Of a stretch of 64,000 nt of DNA, positions 13,576-26,042 are shown in pieces (position 1 is the stretch's first letter; each line of letters opens with the position of its first letter). The DNA lies in contig NC_057719.1 in the NCBI RefSeq assembly GCF_004010195.1, positions 19,601,562 to 19,665,561 on the forward strand, read 5' to 3'. The stretch comes from Chiloscyllium plagiosum. Taxonomy: Eukaryota. The translations under genes and the position numbers were made by a program. The notes below the pieces were generated by a model. That model was not told the origin of the DNA. It searched no databases and worked only from the letters and a program-made list of their open reading frames with translations.

Positions 13576-13659
13576 CTAATATACCATTAAAAAATGCAGT
13601 TACACCTCATTCAACACAGTATAACTTTTCCGAAGGGTTTTTCACTCAGACTAATAGTG
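13576..13659 (+). repeat. 84-bp segment duplicated at 15578-15661
   Basis: ctaatataccattaaaaaat(g/t)cagttacacctcattcaacacagta(t/c)aactttt...gactaatagtg; about 4 mismatches between the copies. Confidence 0.95.
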
Positions 13660-13879
13660 TAAGAATGAACATTTTCTTCAGTTCAATGATTTCTAATTGA
13701 TTTCATTCTGAGGGGACCTCAACAGTGCACCCTCTGGAGAATTACTGACAGCAATATCTGAATTTCGGTAGTTAACTGCAAATGCTTGCGCTCCAGAACT
13801 GCTGTCAATTTTCAGAGGAATAATGATGGCTTTGCTGTTATTGCCAAAGCAAAGTTGGAGCCACTATACCTTTTGCACA

Positions 13880-14200
13880 GTGTTGAGAGACTCAAGCACA
13901 TAAACAAAGCCCTGAAAAGAGAGTGTAAACCATTATCTCTCAGGTAAAAGTAAAATATTCCATGCAACTTCTTTGAAGAAGGGTAGGAGAGTTATCCTTG
14001 ACATCCTGATCAGTATTTATCCAGCAATCACATGAACAAAAGTAGATACCCGGGTCATTTTCACTGGTCACTTGCTGTTAACAAATTGCATGCTGATTGT
14101 CCCAGAATGCAATAGTGACTGTGCTTTAAAAGTACTCATTGGCTGCAAATGACACTGGCAGATCCTGAGTTCCTGCAAGGTGCCCCACATATGCAAGTCT
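13880..14200 (+). mobile_element. Ancient Deu-domain SINE (SacSINE1/AmnSINE1-like); another 3' piece at ~55270-55390 (-)
   Basis: tctctcaggt..aaaatattccatg..tttgaagaagggtaggagagttatcc..tatttatcc..aaagtactcattggctg..atgcaagtc follows the Deu-domain layout as I recall it. Confidence 0.6.
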
Positions 14201-14684
14201 TTCCATTTTGTTTTTTCTTTTAGCTTTAATCTGATTTGGTTGAATCACTATAAACTCTCCAGTGCAGAAATCGATTGTTCAGAAGCACCAATTATCTGGA
14301 ATTTCGTTAGCCGTCCGGAGCATTTGAGGGAATATTTTAATGGTGCTTTGAGAATGGAGCTGTGTAAGCCTCAGGAATTGAGCAAGTGAAGTAGTTTTTT
14401 GTTATAGGGCTGTAGGATTGAGCAAAAATCCCTATCGTCTAAAATACTGGACCAAAACCCTGGACCTTTCAAAAATTTTTAAAAATAAAAAGGCAACTGG
14501 GCTGAGGACTCTGGGAAAAATATACAGACACAGAGATAGCTGCTTGGAACCATTACTCAGCCCGCAAATCCAATTCATAGCTCAACTCTAAGAGAAGAAT
14601 CAATCAGACCTAACACTCCAGATGGAAAACTAAACTTCTCTACCTCAGGCTGCAAACAAAAACAGATATCTCGTAAACTATACC

Positions 14685-15577
14685 TATGATTTGGATAAGA
14701 ATGTACAAGGCATGATTATTAAGTTTGCAGATGACACTAAACTAGACGGTATTGTGGACAGTGAGGAAGGTTATCAGAAATTGCAGCAGGATCTTGATCA
14801 GCTGGGGGAGTGTGCCAAGAAATGGCAAATGGAGTTTAAAATAGACAAGTGTGAGGTCTTGCATTTTGGAAAAGTCAAATCAAGGTAGGAGTTTCATGGT
14901 GAAAGGTAGGGCCTTAAGGAGTGTAGTGGAACAGAAGGACCTTGGAGGTTCAGGTGCACAGTTCTTTGAAAGTGGTGTCACAAGTAGACAGAGCAATGAA
15001 GAAGGCTTTAGGCACACTGGCCTTCATCAGTCAGGGCATTAAATGTAGAACATACAGGACATTGGTGAGGCCATGCTTGGAGTATTGTGTTCAGTCTTGG
15101 TCACCTTGCTATTATTAATGTTATTAAACTGGAAAACGTGCAGAAGAAATTTACAAGGACGTTGCCAAGACTGAACGGTCTAAGTTATAGAGAGAGGTTG
15201 GACAAGCTAGGACTTTTTTCTTTACAGTGTAGGAGACTGAGGGGGGAACTTATAGAAGTGTATAAGATCATGAGAGGCATGGATAGGGTGAATGCACTCA
15301 GTCTTTTTCCCAGCGTTGGGAAATCAAGGACTAGATGGCATTAGTTTAAGGTTGGAGGGAAAAGAATGAAAGGCAACTTGTTTTACAAAGAAAGTGATAT
15401 GCATTTGGAATGAACTGTCAGCGGAAGTGGTTGAGGTGGGTACATTAACACCATTTAAAAGGCATTTGGATGATATATGGATAGGAAAGCTTGAGAATGA
15501 TCTTGGCCAAGTGCAGGGAAATGGGTTTATTGTTGATGGATATTTTGGTCGGCATGGTCCAATTTGAGCCAAAAGGC
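14685..15577 (+). mobile_element. CR1/HER1-type LINE 3' fragment (RT domain to 3' UTR)
   Basis: KFADDTKL, LQQDLDQL..W.MEF..DKCEVLHFG, LSYRERLDKLGLFSL.RRLRGELIEVYKI. Confidence 0.92.
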
Positions 15578-16571
15578 CTAATATACCATTAAAAAATTCA
15601 GTTACACCTCATTCAACACAGTACAACTTTTCTGAAGGGTTTTTCACTAAGACTAATAGTGATACAGATACCGGTCACTTAAATTCAATCAATATTCATT
15701 CACAGAAATACCAAACTTTCACCTTCAATCAAAATACATTCAACATACTCTTAACTGTCATGAAGCTAATTGACCTCAAAGGAAACACCAGTAACACAAG
15801 TGCAGATGTGGTGCAAAGATAAGAGCCCCAAAAGTAGTATAATTGCAGTCCCTAACCTGGGAGGAGTTATCTCTTCGAAAGCTATTTCCACAGCTATCTC
15901 CCCAAGAAAAATCCCTGAGAAGCTATTCGCCAGGAGGCATTCCCGGGAAGAATTTCAACAGCTAATTACACATACTATTTCCAAGAGCTATGTCCCCGAG
16001 AGCTATCTGCACAGCTATCTCCATCAGAGGGATCCCAACAGCAATCCTGAAACCTACCCACACAGGCCTGCTCCGTACAAGGGGAACCAACAACGACTGA
16101 CCATAACCAGCGGACCTGAGAAGCGACAACCTCCGAAACCCACCGACCTGACCAACACCACAAGGCCCTCAGACACATCCTGGGTTGAAACCTGGCTCAC
16201 AAAAGCCACCAGGAAGTAAGAAAAACCCAGTACTCGTCTGATAAATCTAAAACGCAACCTATCACATCAGCAGACTCAACCCAGACTGACAGCCTCCACA
16301 GTCTGAAGTCTTCATCAAAGCACATGGTATGGCAAGTCGGAATAGCCAGCTGTACTTCAAAATCGTGAGGTTTTCCCAGCGGTAAGCTTAAATTCTTGAG
16401 ACCCCAAAGTATCCAACCTAGCTAGCAGGGAGGGGAAGGTGGGTGTTGACAGTGCAGGGAACCCCAAGGGTAGAAAGCCTGAAGAAAGTGTCTGTGATGA
16501 AAACTGGTGTTTAGCTTCTAATATTGTTTTAACCTCTGTTTAATTTGATAGTGCATTTAGAATATACAATA

Positions 16572-16764
16572 TAGAATCCCTACAGTGTGGAAACAGGCCC
16601 TTCGGCCCAACAAGTGCACACCAGACCCATTCCCCTACCCTATATTTACCCCTGACTCATGCATTAACTTACACATCCCCGAACACTATGGGCCATGGCC
16701 AATTCACTTAACATGCACATCTTTGGTCTGTGGGAGGAAACCGAAGCACCTGGAGGAAACCCAC
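16572..16764 (-). mobile_element. HE1-like SINE 3' part
   Basis: agaatccctacagtgtggaaacaggcccttcggcccaac...catctttgg..tgtgggaggaaaccg. Confidence 0.85.
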
Positions 16765-17654
16765 TTATTGTCCACTGTATAATTTTGTCAATGTCACTAT
16801 TTTATTACATTTATCTTTATTCTTGTATTATATTTACCTTTTCTGTATTTAAATAAACACAGGGATTTTTTGGCCCTTAAACACTTGTCTACTGCCTTCT
16901 CCATTTCATATTCCCTAAGTAAGTCCAGTGTTAGTACCAGGGATCTCAGAGTGCTTCAGACCAACTAAAAATCAGCAAATTACCGATGGCAAACCAGAAA
17001 CCTACAGAGTTGATGCTAAGAAGAAATTTCCTCTTGTGCAGGTCATTCGAACAGGATGACACTGTTTACAAATGATGGGTCTAATACAGAGATGAAGGGA
17101 ATAGTTTTCTTTCATTAGTCTGTGGAATTCTCTTGTCCACATATTAGTGGCAACAGGGCCAATTGAATGCTTTTAGAATTGAGTTACTTCAGTGAAGAAA
17201 GAGCCAAAGAACTAAATCTTAAGCTTTTTTGGCTAAGTCCAAGTTTCATTGAGTTTCTGGAGGGTTTGTTGCCATCAGACCTAACAAGTGTATCTTACCA
17301 AACTTACCTTATTAATTACTTACCACGTCCCTATAGCATATACAATCGCATACAATCTGTGCCCCATTTTACCACCCACCATTCCCAGAATTATTTGCTA
17401 TTCAGCACATATCTAACAATTCATCAGTGTCATATATCCCCACATTATCTTTTAAAGGCTGTTGTTGACAAGCACTGTCAGTCCAGGGCCCCAGACCTGG
17501 CAGACAGAGGGATATCAGTGATCAGGTTGGTGGACAGGGTCCTGGAGGTCCAGGGTGCTACAAACCCAGGACTTCTCCAACTCCTACACCCAGTAGGAGA
17601 GGTCATGTGTCCAGGCAAAGAAGACTTAATGGGCCAAGAGGTAAATATTGATAT

Positions 17655-18244
17655 TGTTATGAAGGTGTCAGTGTGTATTGTACCTTTAAGAGACTGGAAG
17701 TTGGCACTCAGTGGGCTGAAAGAATTTAAAATATAACATTTGACTGTGAAATCAATAGTGCAGATGAGTTGCCATGATACAAAAAAAGTTCAAATTTCAA
17801 AACCAGCCAGCTGTCGAATCTTCTATTTATATCTTCCTCAATAGATTTTCCTCTGTTGTCTTTTCTTCAGTATCTGCTTCACCGGTCTTTCATATGTACA
17901 GGTACCATTCAGAGAGCTATTCGGCAAGCATCTATACTTACCAGTTTTCTTGGCAGTTCTCCCACCAACTATTCAAGGTTTTATACCCCAAAACATCAGA
18001 TAATTTCATTGGTTTGATGTTGTCAAAATACTAAATTCAAATTTGATTGGATTTTGGTATCTGGGGCCCAATTTAAACTGATTGGCTGAAATTGAATTTT
18101 GTGTCATTGCAATTCAGCTACACGATTGGTTTCACAGTCAATTGTTACACTTTAAATTCTTTCAGCACGTTGTGTGCCTCTCTGAATCTATGCCAGCTTC
18201 AAGTCTCTCTTAAAGGTACAATGCACACCTACACCTTCATAGCA
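17655..18244. mobile_element. Non-autonomous element with ~155-170-bp terminal inverted repeats (Ginger-like TG..CA ends)
   Basis: Left arm tgttatgaaggtgtcagtgtgtattgtacctttaagaga...gctgaaagaatttaaa...tgactgtgaaa is the reverse complement of the right arm ending tctcttaaaggtacaatgcacacctacaccttcatagca. Flanks atat / atag. Confidence 0.75.
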
Positions 18245-18821
18245 ATAGCAAAGGTATTTTCTGGTTTACACATGTTGTTAGGTATTCTAAGGTCATTACA
18301 AAAGTAGAAATGTCTTGATCCAAAACATCCTGGATTGGAGAGCTTACATTCCAAAGGGGTTTAAAAATTACTTACATTTAAAATATATCCAGTCATACTT
18401 TAATTAAACAAACTCGTCAATAGAATTTGTAACCATTCAATTCCATCTTTAAGCAGTTAGTTTGTTTTGCAGTTGAATTTCATTAATGGATTGTTTAAAT
18501 ATATTCTTTATAGTCTGTGGTTGAAGTTTAACACAGTGTTGAGACCTCAGTGAAGAAAGTTCTGGAGTTTTAAATGTAAATGGCTGCCTGGAAATTATTA
18601 GTCTAAAACCACAAAAATGGCTGCAACTCTTTGCTTCAATTAATACTTCAGAAGAAAGCATTTCCAAATAGATACATTCCCAGCAAAAATTACAGGAGTA
18701 AAACAAAACAACAGGGGTAATTTAAATCTAGATCCCTTGAGTGGAAACCAGCAGAATAGAGTGGAGTCCTGATTTTAGACTGCACCCTGTATTAGTCTAC
18801 ACCCATAGTATGTAGCACCTA

Positions 18822-19073
18822 GGATAGCATGGTGTCTCAATAGTTAGCAAGTTGGTTCACGGTGCCATGGACCTGCGTTTGGTTCCAGCCTCCAGCCAGT
18901 CTGTGATGAGTTGCATATTGCCCCTCTCTCTACTGGGGTTTCCTCCCACAATCCAAAGATGGTAAATATGGGATTATGAGGATAGAGTGAGGGTCTGGGT
19001 GGGATGCCTTTTGGAGGATTGATGCAGACTTGATGGGCTGAATGGCCTCTTTCTGCACTGTAGAGGTTCTATG
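18822..19073 (+). mobile_element. HE1-like SINE, diverged
   Basis: ggatagcatggtgtctcaatagttagc...cctcccacaatccaaagat...gggctgaatggcct. Confidence 0.7.
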
Positions 19074-19878
19074 AAAATCACAGGTTGACACTTGTTTTGG
19101 TAGCATGAGTTTGTGTTCATCAAAAAGGATACTGGGTGGGGAGAAGTCCCTGTACTACTATGGAGACACCACAGACCACTACTTTTTAGACGTCAGTACC
19201 AATTCCCCCTTGGAAAGCCCAGGGGTACAGGTAGAAGGCAGGAAAATATGTCAAAAGCCAGGTCCCAAACCTGTCACTTTTGAGTTTCGGGTCAGGCTGT
19301 AAAGAAATATTTTCCTTCCCTACATCTTATGCAGAACACGTTTGAAGATCAAGTCAAATCCTTGAATCAAAGAAATATACTCTGGATGCTGAAATAGAAA
19401 CAGAAAATGCTGGAGGTGTTCAGCAGTTCAGAGATTAACTGCCAGGAGAGGAATTCCAGGGTTGGTGACCTTTTTTCAGGATGGTGATTGATGAATATTT
19501 CCAGCATGTTCTGTTTTTCTTTCAAATCCTTGACTGTCTTGTTTCTTTTAAAGCTCATCCAATCTTTAATGAAATATCAGCTGTAGTTCACATGAATTAT
19601 TTCTCATTAACAGAATCTGGATCTTGTCAAGTATGTGAAAAACTAACAGAAAAGAAAAGCACAATTTTTATTTTGTGATTATTGTAGGATCAGAGAAATT
19701 CAACTTGTTTCCTTTGGTACTTACAGGAAATGTTTTCATTGTGTCAACCAGATGCCTTGCTTGTTTTGGTAGCTGGCTAGAAAAATATAGAACTTTAGTG
19801 ATGAAATTAGTTTTAAAATGTGAGCTTATACAAATGACTATTCAACTGAAATAATAACATTCTAGCCTCCAAATATTC

Positions 19879-19900
19879 AGAGAGAGAGAGAGAGAGAGAG
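19879..19900. repeat. (GA)n microsatellite
   Basis: agagagagag run. Confidence 0.9.
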
Positions 19901-20059
19901 ATCGAGGAGCAAATCTGTGGTGAAATTAAAATGATGCATAACAACTATAGAGTGGTGACATTAAGTGGAGACTTAAATTATAAAATGGGATAATGTTAAA
20001 ACAAAAGGAAATGAAGGGGAGCAACTCCTTTGTTCAGGAGAACACCCTTGTCCACTATA

Positions 20060-21880
20060 ATCTGAAACTCAAGAATCTGAAGGTGGATAAATCACCCAGA
20101 CTGGATGAACTACATCCTTGCGTTTTGAAGGAAATAGCTGAGGAGAATATAGGGGCAAATAGGGATCTTTCAGGAGTCAAGAAGAATCCCAGAGGACTGA
20201 AAAATGGCGAATGCAACATCTCTGTTTGAGGGTGAAGATGAGAAGTTATAGAAATTACTGGAGATGGTTAGTGTAATGGATGGAACGCCAAGTTAAAGTT
20301 AGGCTTATCTGGAAAGGCTGACTCCACTTAGGATGTGTAAAGCACTTGGTGTATATTCTCATGTACTAAGGGAATTTGAGGTGGATGTAATAGAACCATA
20401 ACTTTCCAATCTTCCTCAGATATGGGGAAGGGACAGGAAATTGACATTGAATAATACCTTTGTTCATGAATCACTATCATCAAGGATGATTAAGATTTGA
20501 GAAATAATAAACAAGGAAAAAATAAACAGCAACTAGAGATATTTAAGTTCAGTTCAGAGAGCCTCATGGATTTTTAAAAGGCAAATCATGCTGATTAATC
20601 TAATTAATTTTTTTAATGGTCTTACAGAGAATACTATAGATGTTGTCCTCATGAATTTTAAGAAAGTGTTTGACAAATTACCACATAAAATGCTTATTAA
20701 CAAAACTGAAGCTCATTGAATAGGATTGTCAGTATCAAATTGGATTTAGAAATAGTCTTAAGAACAGAAACAGTGAGCTATGGTAACTTGTTTTTCATAC
20801 TTGAGCATGGTAGATGAGGCTGTTCCAAAGGGTCATTGCTCAGATCATTGCTGTTTTGATTCGTTTACAAAACTCATACATAGGAATATAGAGTAAATTT
20901 CAAATTTGCTGTAGATGTCAAGTGGCAAACAGTGGGCAAGTTATCAATTGACTACAACAGGACATAGATGGGCCAGCAGAATGGCTAGACAAGTGATAAG
21001 TGAAATATAATACAAAGGGTCAGGTGATGCAGTTTGGCAAAAAAGACAGAGAAAAGCAAGACAGAATAAAAGGCACAAATTGAAAAAATCTGCAGACAGA
21101 CTGATTTGTGGCATTTGTGGTGGCAGCACACATTGAGAGAACGACTAGTGAAATACATGGGACTTTGGATTTCATAAATATTGGTATATATATATAAATA
21201 TACAATATCAGGGAAGTGATGCTGAATGCTTATAAAGCTCTGTTTTGGAGTATTGTTTCCAGTTCTGGTCACCACAATTTAGTCATGACATGTCATTCAT
21301 TGGAGGGAGTAGTGGCGGTTTAGCAGAATTGTTCAAAGCCTAAATTGTTCAAGCACTTAACAATGAAATTAGTGACTTCCCGGTGCAGCCTAACTTTAAT
21401 GTAGTTTTCGATCCATTGCATCTACCGCCTCTGGTAATTTCTATAACTTCACATCTTCTTCCTCACACAGGGGTGTTGCATTAGGTTGGAGAAAGTGCCT
21501 CGGGGCAATGGGGGTTGGGGGTAAAATTAATTGAGGTGCTACTAATGACAGATTCAGATAAGGTAACACTGGTTGTCCCAGGGAACACAGATTCAATATT
21601 TTGAAGGGGGGTGGGGGTAGTGGAGTGGGGGTAGGAGGCATTAGGTTAGATCTGAATGTAAAGGAGAACTTGTTTATGCAGTCAGCAGTAATAAGTAAGA
21701 ACTTGCTGTCTCCAAGTATGATGGACATAGGGATGATTGATGGTTTAAAGAGGATTTTGAATGGTTACTTGAGGGAAGTAATGGTTGAAGGCTATGAAGA
21801 TGGAGCAGGGCATGAGATTAAATGCCCTCCCTGCAGAGCCAGCATGGACTAAATGGGCTGCATGCCATCCTGTCCTTTTA
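20060..21880 (+). mobile_element. Decayed CR1-type LINE fragments
   Basis: LKVDKSPRLDELHPCVLKEIAEE; ggatttt..aaaggcaaatcatgc (GF.KGKSC); FKKVFDKLPH; 3' UTR near 21800-21870. Confidence 0.7.
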
Positions 21881-22019
21881 TGCCTCTCTGGCTTTTGAAT
21901 CAAAAGATGCTTGGATCAAACTCTGATCTAAGGGGTATATCTTTACTTTGAGTACATGGCGATGGTGAGTTGAAATCCAATTTTATATTGCTGTCAAAGT
22001 CACAGTTAAATAAGGAGAG

Positions 22020-22497
22020 ATAAAGTTAAAAATCATACAGCATCAGGTTATAGTCCAACAGATTTATTTGAAATCACCAGCTTTCAGAATGCTGCTCCTT
22101 CATCAAGTAACTAGTGGGCCAGGTTCATAGGACCCAGAATTTATAGCAAAATGTCATAGAATTGATGTGATGTAGGTCGACTTGAGTAGGTTCGTGATCC
22201 ATTGTCCTTTTGGGATCTTTCCTGATGCCTTGTATTTCTGCAGAAACCTGATGTCTGTGTCAATATGTATGATCTTCTTGGAGAAATCCACTCAAGTCGA
22301 CCTACAACATGTCAGTTGTATGACATTTTGATTTTCTACTATACATTCTGTGTCCTAAGATCCTGCCCCACTAGCTACCTGATGAAGGAGAAGGGCTCCA
22401 AAATCTTTAACTTTCAAATAAACCTGTTGAATTATAACCTGATGTTGTGTGATTTTTTAACTTTGTCCACTCTAGTTCAACACTGGCACCTCCACAT
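22020..22497. mobile_element. PLE-type repeat with inverted arms and degenerate hammerhead cores
   Basis: aaagttaaaaatcatacagcatcaggttatagtccaacag mirrored by ctgttgaattataacctgatgttgtgtgattttttaacttt; cctgatgaaggagaagggctcc at 22378. Confidence 0.65.
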
Positions 22498-24706
22498 AAG
22501 GAGAGATGTAAGAGGCAAAATCAGTTCTCTGTCACATGTTTTACAATACTGCAAGGTCAAGATCCAAACATAATCTAGGTACCCAATCCCACTGGAAAAA
22601 ATGTTACTATGGGGCTTTGATGTGGATGAATTGGCTATTGATTTAAAAATGACACTACAGTAATATTACAACAATGATCTCAAACACTTTGGAATGTGCT
22701 AATGATGTGAATGTTGCGAAAAAGGCGAGATTAAGAAGGGCAGGCAAAACCATTATCAAGACGTAGTTCTGAAGGCCCTCCTTACACCTCCTTGACTAAA
22801 CATTTGACTACTCCAATAACTCCTTCCTTACCACAATGTTTGTTTTTAACTAATACTTTTTGTGAAAATTGTGGAGCTTTTGTTTTACTGTTAAAAATGT
22901 TGCAGAAAGCAAGTTTATAATTTTAAAACTTTTCAATTGTTCCTCGAGTTGCTCTTTAATAAAACAAATGACACTTTTCCTTTCTTAAACTTCAATCTTT
23001 ACATTCCATCATACATTAAGTTCTGTTCATCCAGTAGCCCAGTTTTCTGTTGTTCTATCATCCAACAGTGCACAGCACAGATACCACGAGGTGCTCCACT
23101 ATGATGCCTGGCTACCAACACTGGAACCAATATACCTTCCTGTACAATTCTCTGAATCAGGTCAGTAGTCTGTGGTGGAGGATAGAGTATAAATAAGTCT
23201 CAACAGAAGTGGCTGTTTTAGATAACAATCAGTAATTTATTACTTCATAGTAACCATATGCAGGCCACATTAACTGTTAGGCATATTGAAATTTACTAAC
23301 AAGATGTAGAGAAGATATATGTGTTTCCATCAAGAAACTGTGCTGGATTCCATATAATTCTCCCCTTAGAAGCTATGTGACACAATGAGGCTGGGCAGAG
23401 TTTAGCATCACTCAAATGTTAACTCTTGCGAACCCATTACCTTATGCAACATCGCAACCCAAATAAATTAATTGAAAATACCTCTAGTCTCCACCTATAA
23501 CCTCCTGGCTCACATTTCCTGTTCTTCTGAGTCTGGAGATGGCTGTGTCACCACTCCCCCATCCTCAATTTTCTTCCCACCAACACCCAATCCCTTAGCA
23601 ATGGACACCTCAGCTGGCACAGCATCAGCCCTTGGAATTCTCTCCTTAAACCCCCTCACACATTTTTCCATCCTCAAAAATGTCCTCAAACACTATCTCA
23701 TCTTCAGTCATCTCTCCTACATATATTCCATTGATTCCTCAACAGTGTCAGATCAAACCCTCTGCAAACTGCCTTGACAAGTTTTTTTTACCATGTTATA
23801 GAAACTTTTAAAAAATTGAGTTTATATAGCATATTCCAAATTTGCTGTATGTACAAAAAAAAACTTTTGCTGCATAGCTGTACTATTTCAGCAAATGCAA
23901 AAGCATTGATAATGGGTTCATCTGTAGATGGATCAATCAAGTGTAGTCAGTTGGAACCATTCATGGTTAAGGTTATTTTCCACTTAGAGCCAATACTTAT
24001 TATTTCCCCAAGATATCATAGAACTTACTATGTGTTAGCTCCAGTCACTGCGAAGTTAAATCCCGTCTGCTGTAGTGTTGGTGGTATTTGGTGGACAGTT
24101 TTCCTTTTAGAATAGCCAGTGATGTTGGGATTGAAGAGTTTTAAGATATCTGGAATTATAACAAATTCTAAACTTACTTTCTGGAAATAAAGATAGAGGA
24201 AAAGCAAAAATCTCCATAGTTGGAATCTAGCCTTTGGCATCAATGCACTACAATAATATATAGGCAACACGTAGTACAGGTCTATAAAATACACAGTCTG
24301 ATAATGTCAAATGAATTAGCTCTTTCTGCACTGTGTTCTGCTACCCCAGATACACTTTGTATAATACAATATGCCTGAAGAGCACACTAAACAACACCTT
24401 TCACTGTATCTGGGTACATGTGACAACATTAAATCGATCAATCAATCAGTACCAAGCTATTCTGACTTGTAAGTAAATTTAGTTTTTTTAATTCTCACTG
24501 TAAATTATGTCTTCTGTATGCAAATCCATACTTCCTAGATCAGAATCATATCACTTACAATTCCTGGAATAGTTTTGAATAGAAGAAATAATCTTCCTTT
24601 TCAGTGTAGTCCTTCAACTGGATCTTTATTCAAGATCCTACTAGGTATTTCAATTGCACAGATACCTGCCTCACACTTTAATCTACATTTTAATCTTTCA
24701 TTCTCT

Positions 24707-25186
24707 GACCATAAGACCATAAGACCATAAGACATAGGAGCGGAAGTAAGGCCATTCGGCCCATCGAGTCCACTCCGCCATTCAATCATGGCTGATGGGC
24801 ATTTCAACTCCACTTACCCGCATTCTCCCCGTAGCCCTTAATTCCTTGTGACATCAAGAATTTATCAATCTCCTGCCTTGAAGACATTTAGCGTCCCAGC
24901 CTCCACTGCACTCCGCGGCAATGAATTCCACAGGCCCACCACTCTCTGGCTGAAGAAATATCCCCGCATTTCTGGTCTGAATTTACCCCCTCTAATTCTA
25001 AGGCTGTGTCCACGGGTCCTAGTCTCCTCGCCCAATGGAAACAATTTCTAGCGTCCTCCCTCTCCAAGCCATGTATTATCTTGTAGGTTTCTATTAGATC
25101 TCCCCTTAATCTTCTAAACTCCAATGAATACAATCCCAGGATCCTCAGCCGTTCCTCATATGTTAGACCTACCATTCCAGGGATCA
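24707..25186 (-). mobile_element. Young CR1/HER1-type LINE 3' end with (GACCATAA)n tail, joined head-to-head to an older + strand LINE end (25187-25415)
   Basis: ORF 24888-25259 LTYEERLRILGLYSLEFRRLRGDLIETYKI; CpG-rich; tandem gaccataa tail. Confidence 0.9.
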
Positions 25187-25835
25187 TAGAGAGTTTGCTC
25201 AGAGAGTTGTTAGGCTTTGGAATGTACTGCCTGGGAGAGTGGTGGAGATAGATGTACATGAGGTTTCAAAAGAGAGCTAGATGAATTTGAAAGTGATGAA
25301 TTTGAAGGGCTACAGAGATAGGGCTGGAGAATAGAACTTGCCAAGTAGTTCATTCAGGAGTTGGTACGGACATGATGGATTGAATGGCCTCCTTATGTAT
25401 GGTGAAATTCTATACTGTCCTTCCCTAAAGGATATTCATGAACTCGATAGGTTTTCCGTAACAATCAACAATGAATTCAAGGTTATCATTAGACTCCTAA
25501 TTCCAAATTTTTATTGAATTCAAATTTCACCATCTGCCATGACAGAATCAAACCCAGGACTGCAGAACATTACCTGGGTCTCTGGATTAACCATCCAGTG
25601 ATAATCCCACTAAGACATCACTTCCTCATATCTCTTATACAATCAAGCAGTATGTAAGACATTAAATGGTTCAAACTTGTAGTAGAAACCTTCACACAAC
25701 TTTCAGCAACGTACCAAAATAATTCAGCAAGTAAACCCTTTACAGTCCAGGTCTTCCAAGGAATGGATCACCATAGGATTTCCAGTCCATTCAAAAACTC
25801 CATGTTTCCTGCTAAGACTTCTAAGCTTGTTTTCT

Positions 25836-26042
25836 TTGAAGAGAAAATGAGGTCTGCAGATGCTGGAGATCAGAGATGGAAATGTGTTGCTGGAGAAGCG
25901 CAGCAGGTCAGGCAGCATCTAGGGAACAGGAGAATCGACGTTTCGGGATTCCTGAAGAAGGGCTAATGCCCGAAACGTCGATTCTCCTGTTCCCTAGATG
26001 CTGCCTGACCTGCTGCGCTTCTCCAGCAACACATTTCCATCT
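25836..26042. mobile_element. PLE pLTR insertion with a perfect 74-bp inverted repeat and hammerhead core
   Basis: Arms 25874-25947 and 25969-26042 are exact reverse complements. The loop and right arm contain ctgaagaagggctaatgcccgaaacgtc. Flanked by tctaagcttgttttct (25820-25835, 26040-26055). Confidence 0.9.

Noticed and set aside
15770..16219. 149-aa S/T/P-rich ORF
   Set aside because: Overlaps a low-complexity periodic repeat; no domain recognised.
17167..17736. 189-aa ORF, the longest gap-free ORF
   Set aside because: It spans unrelated sequence blocks and a TIR, has no recognisable motifs and starts without an obvious context; likely chance.
25874..26042. Possible CRISPR repeat, terminator or miRNA precursor
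   Set aside because: No repeat-spacer array, eukaryotic context, and fully explained by an inverted PLE pLTR with a target duplication.
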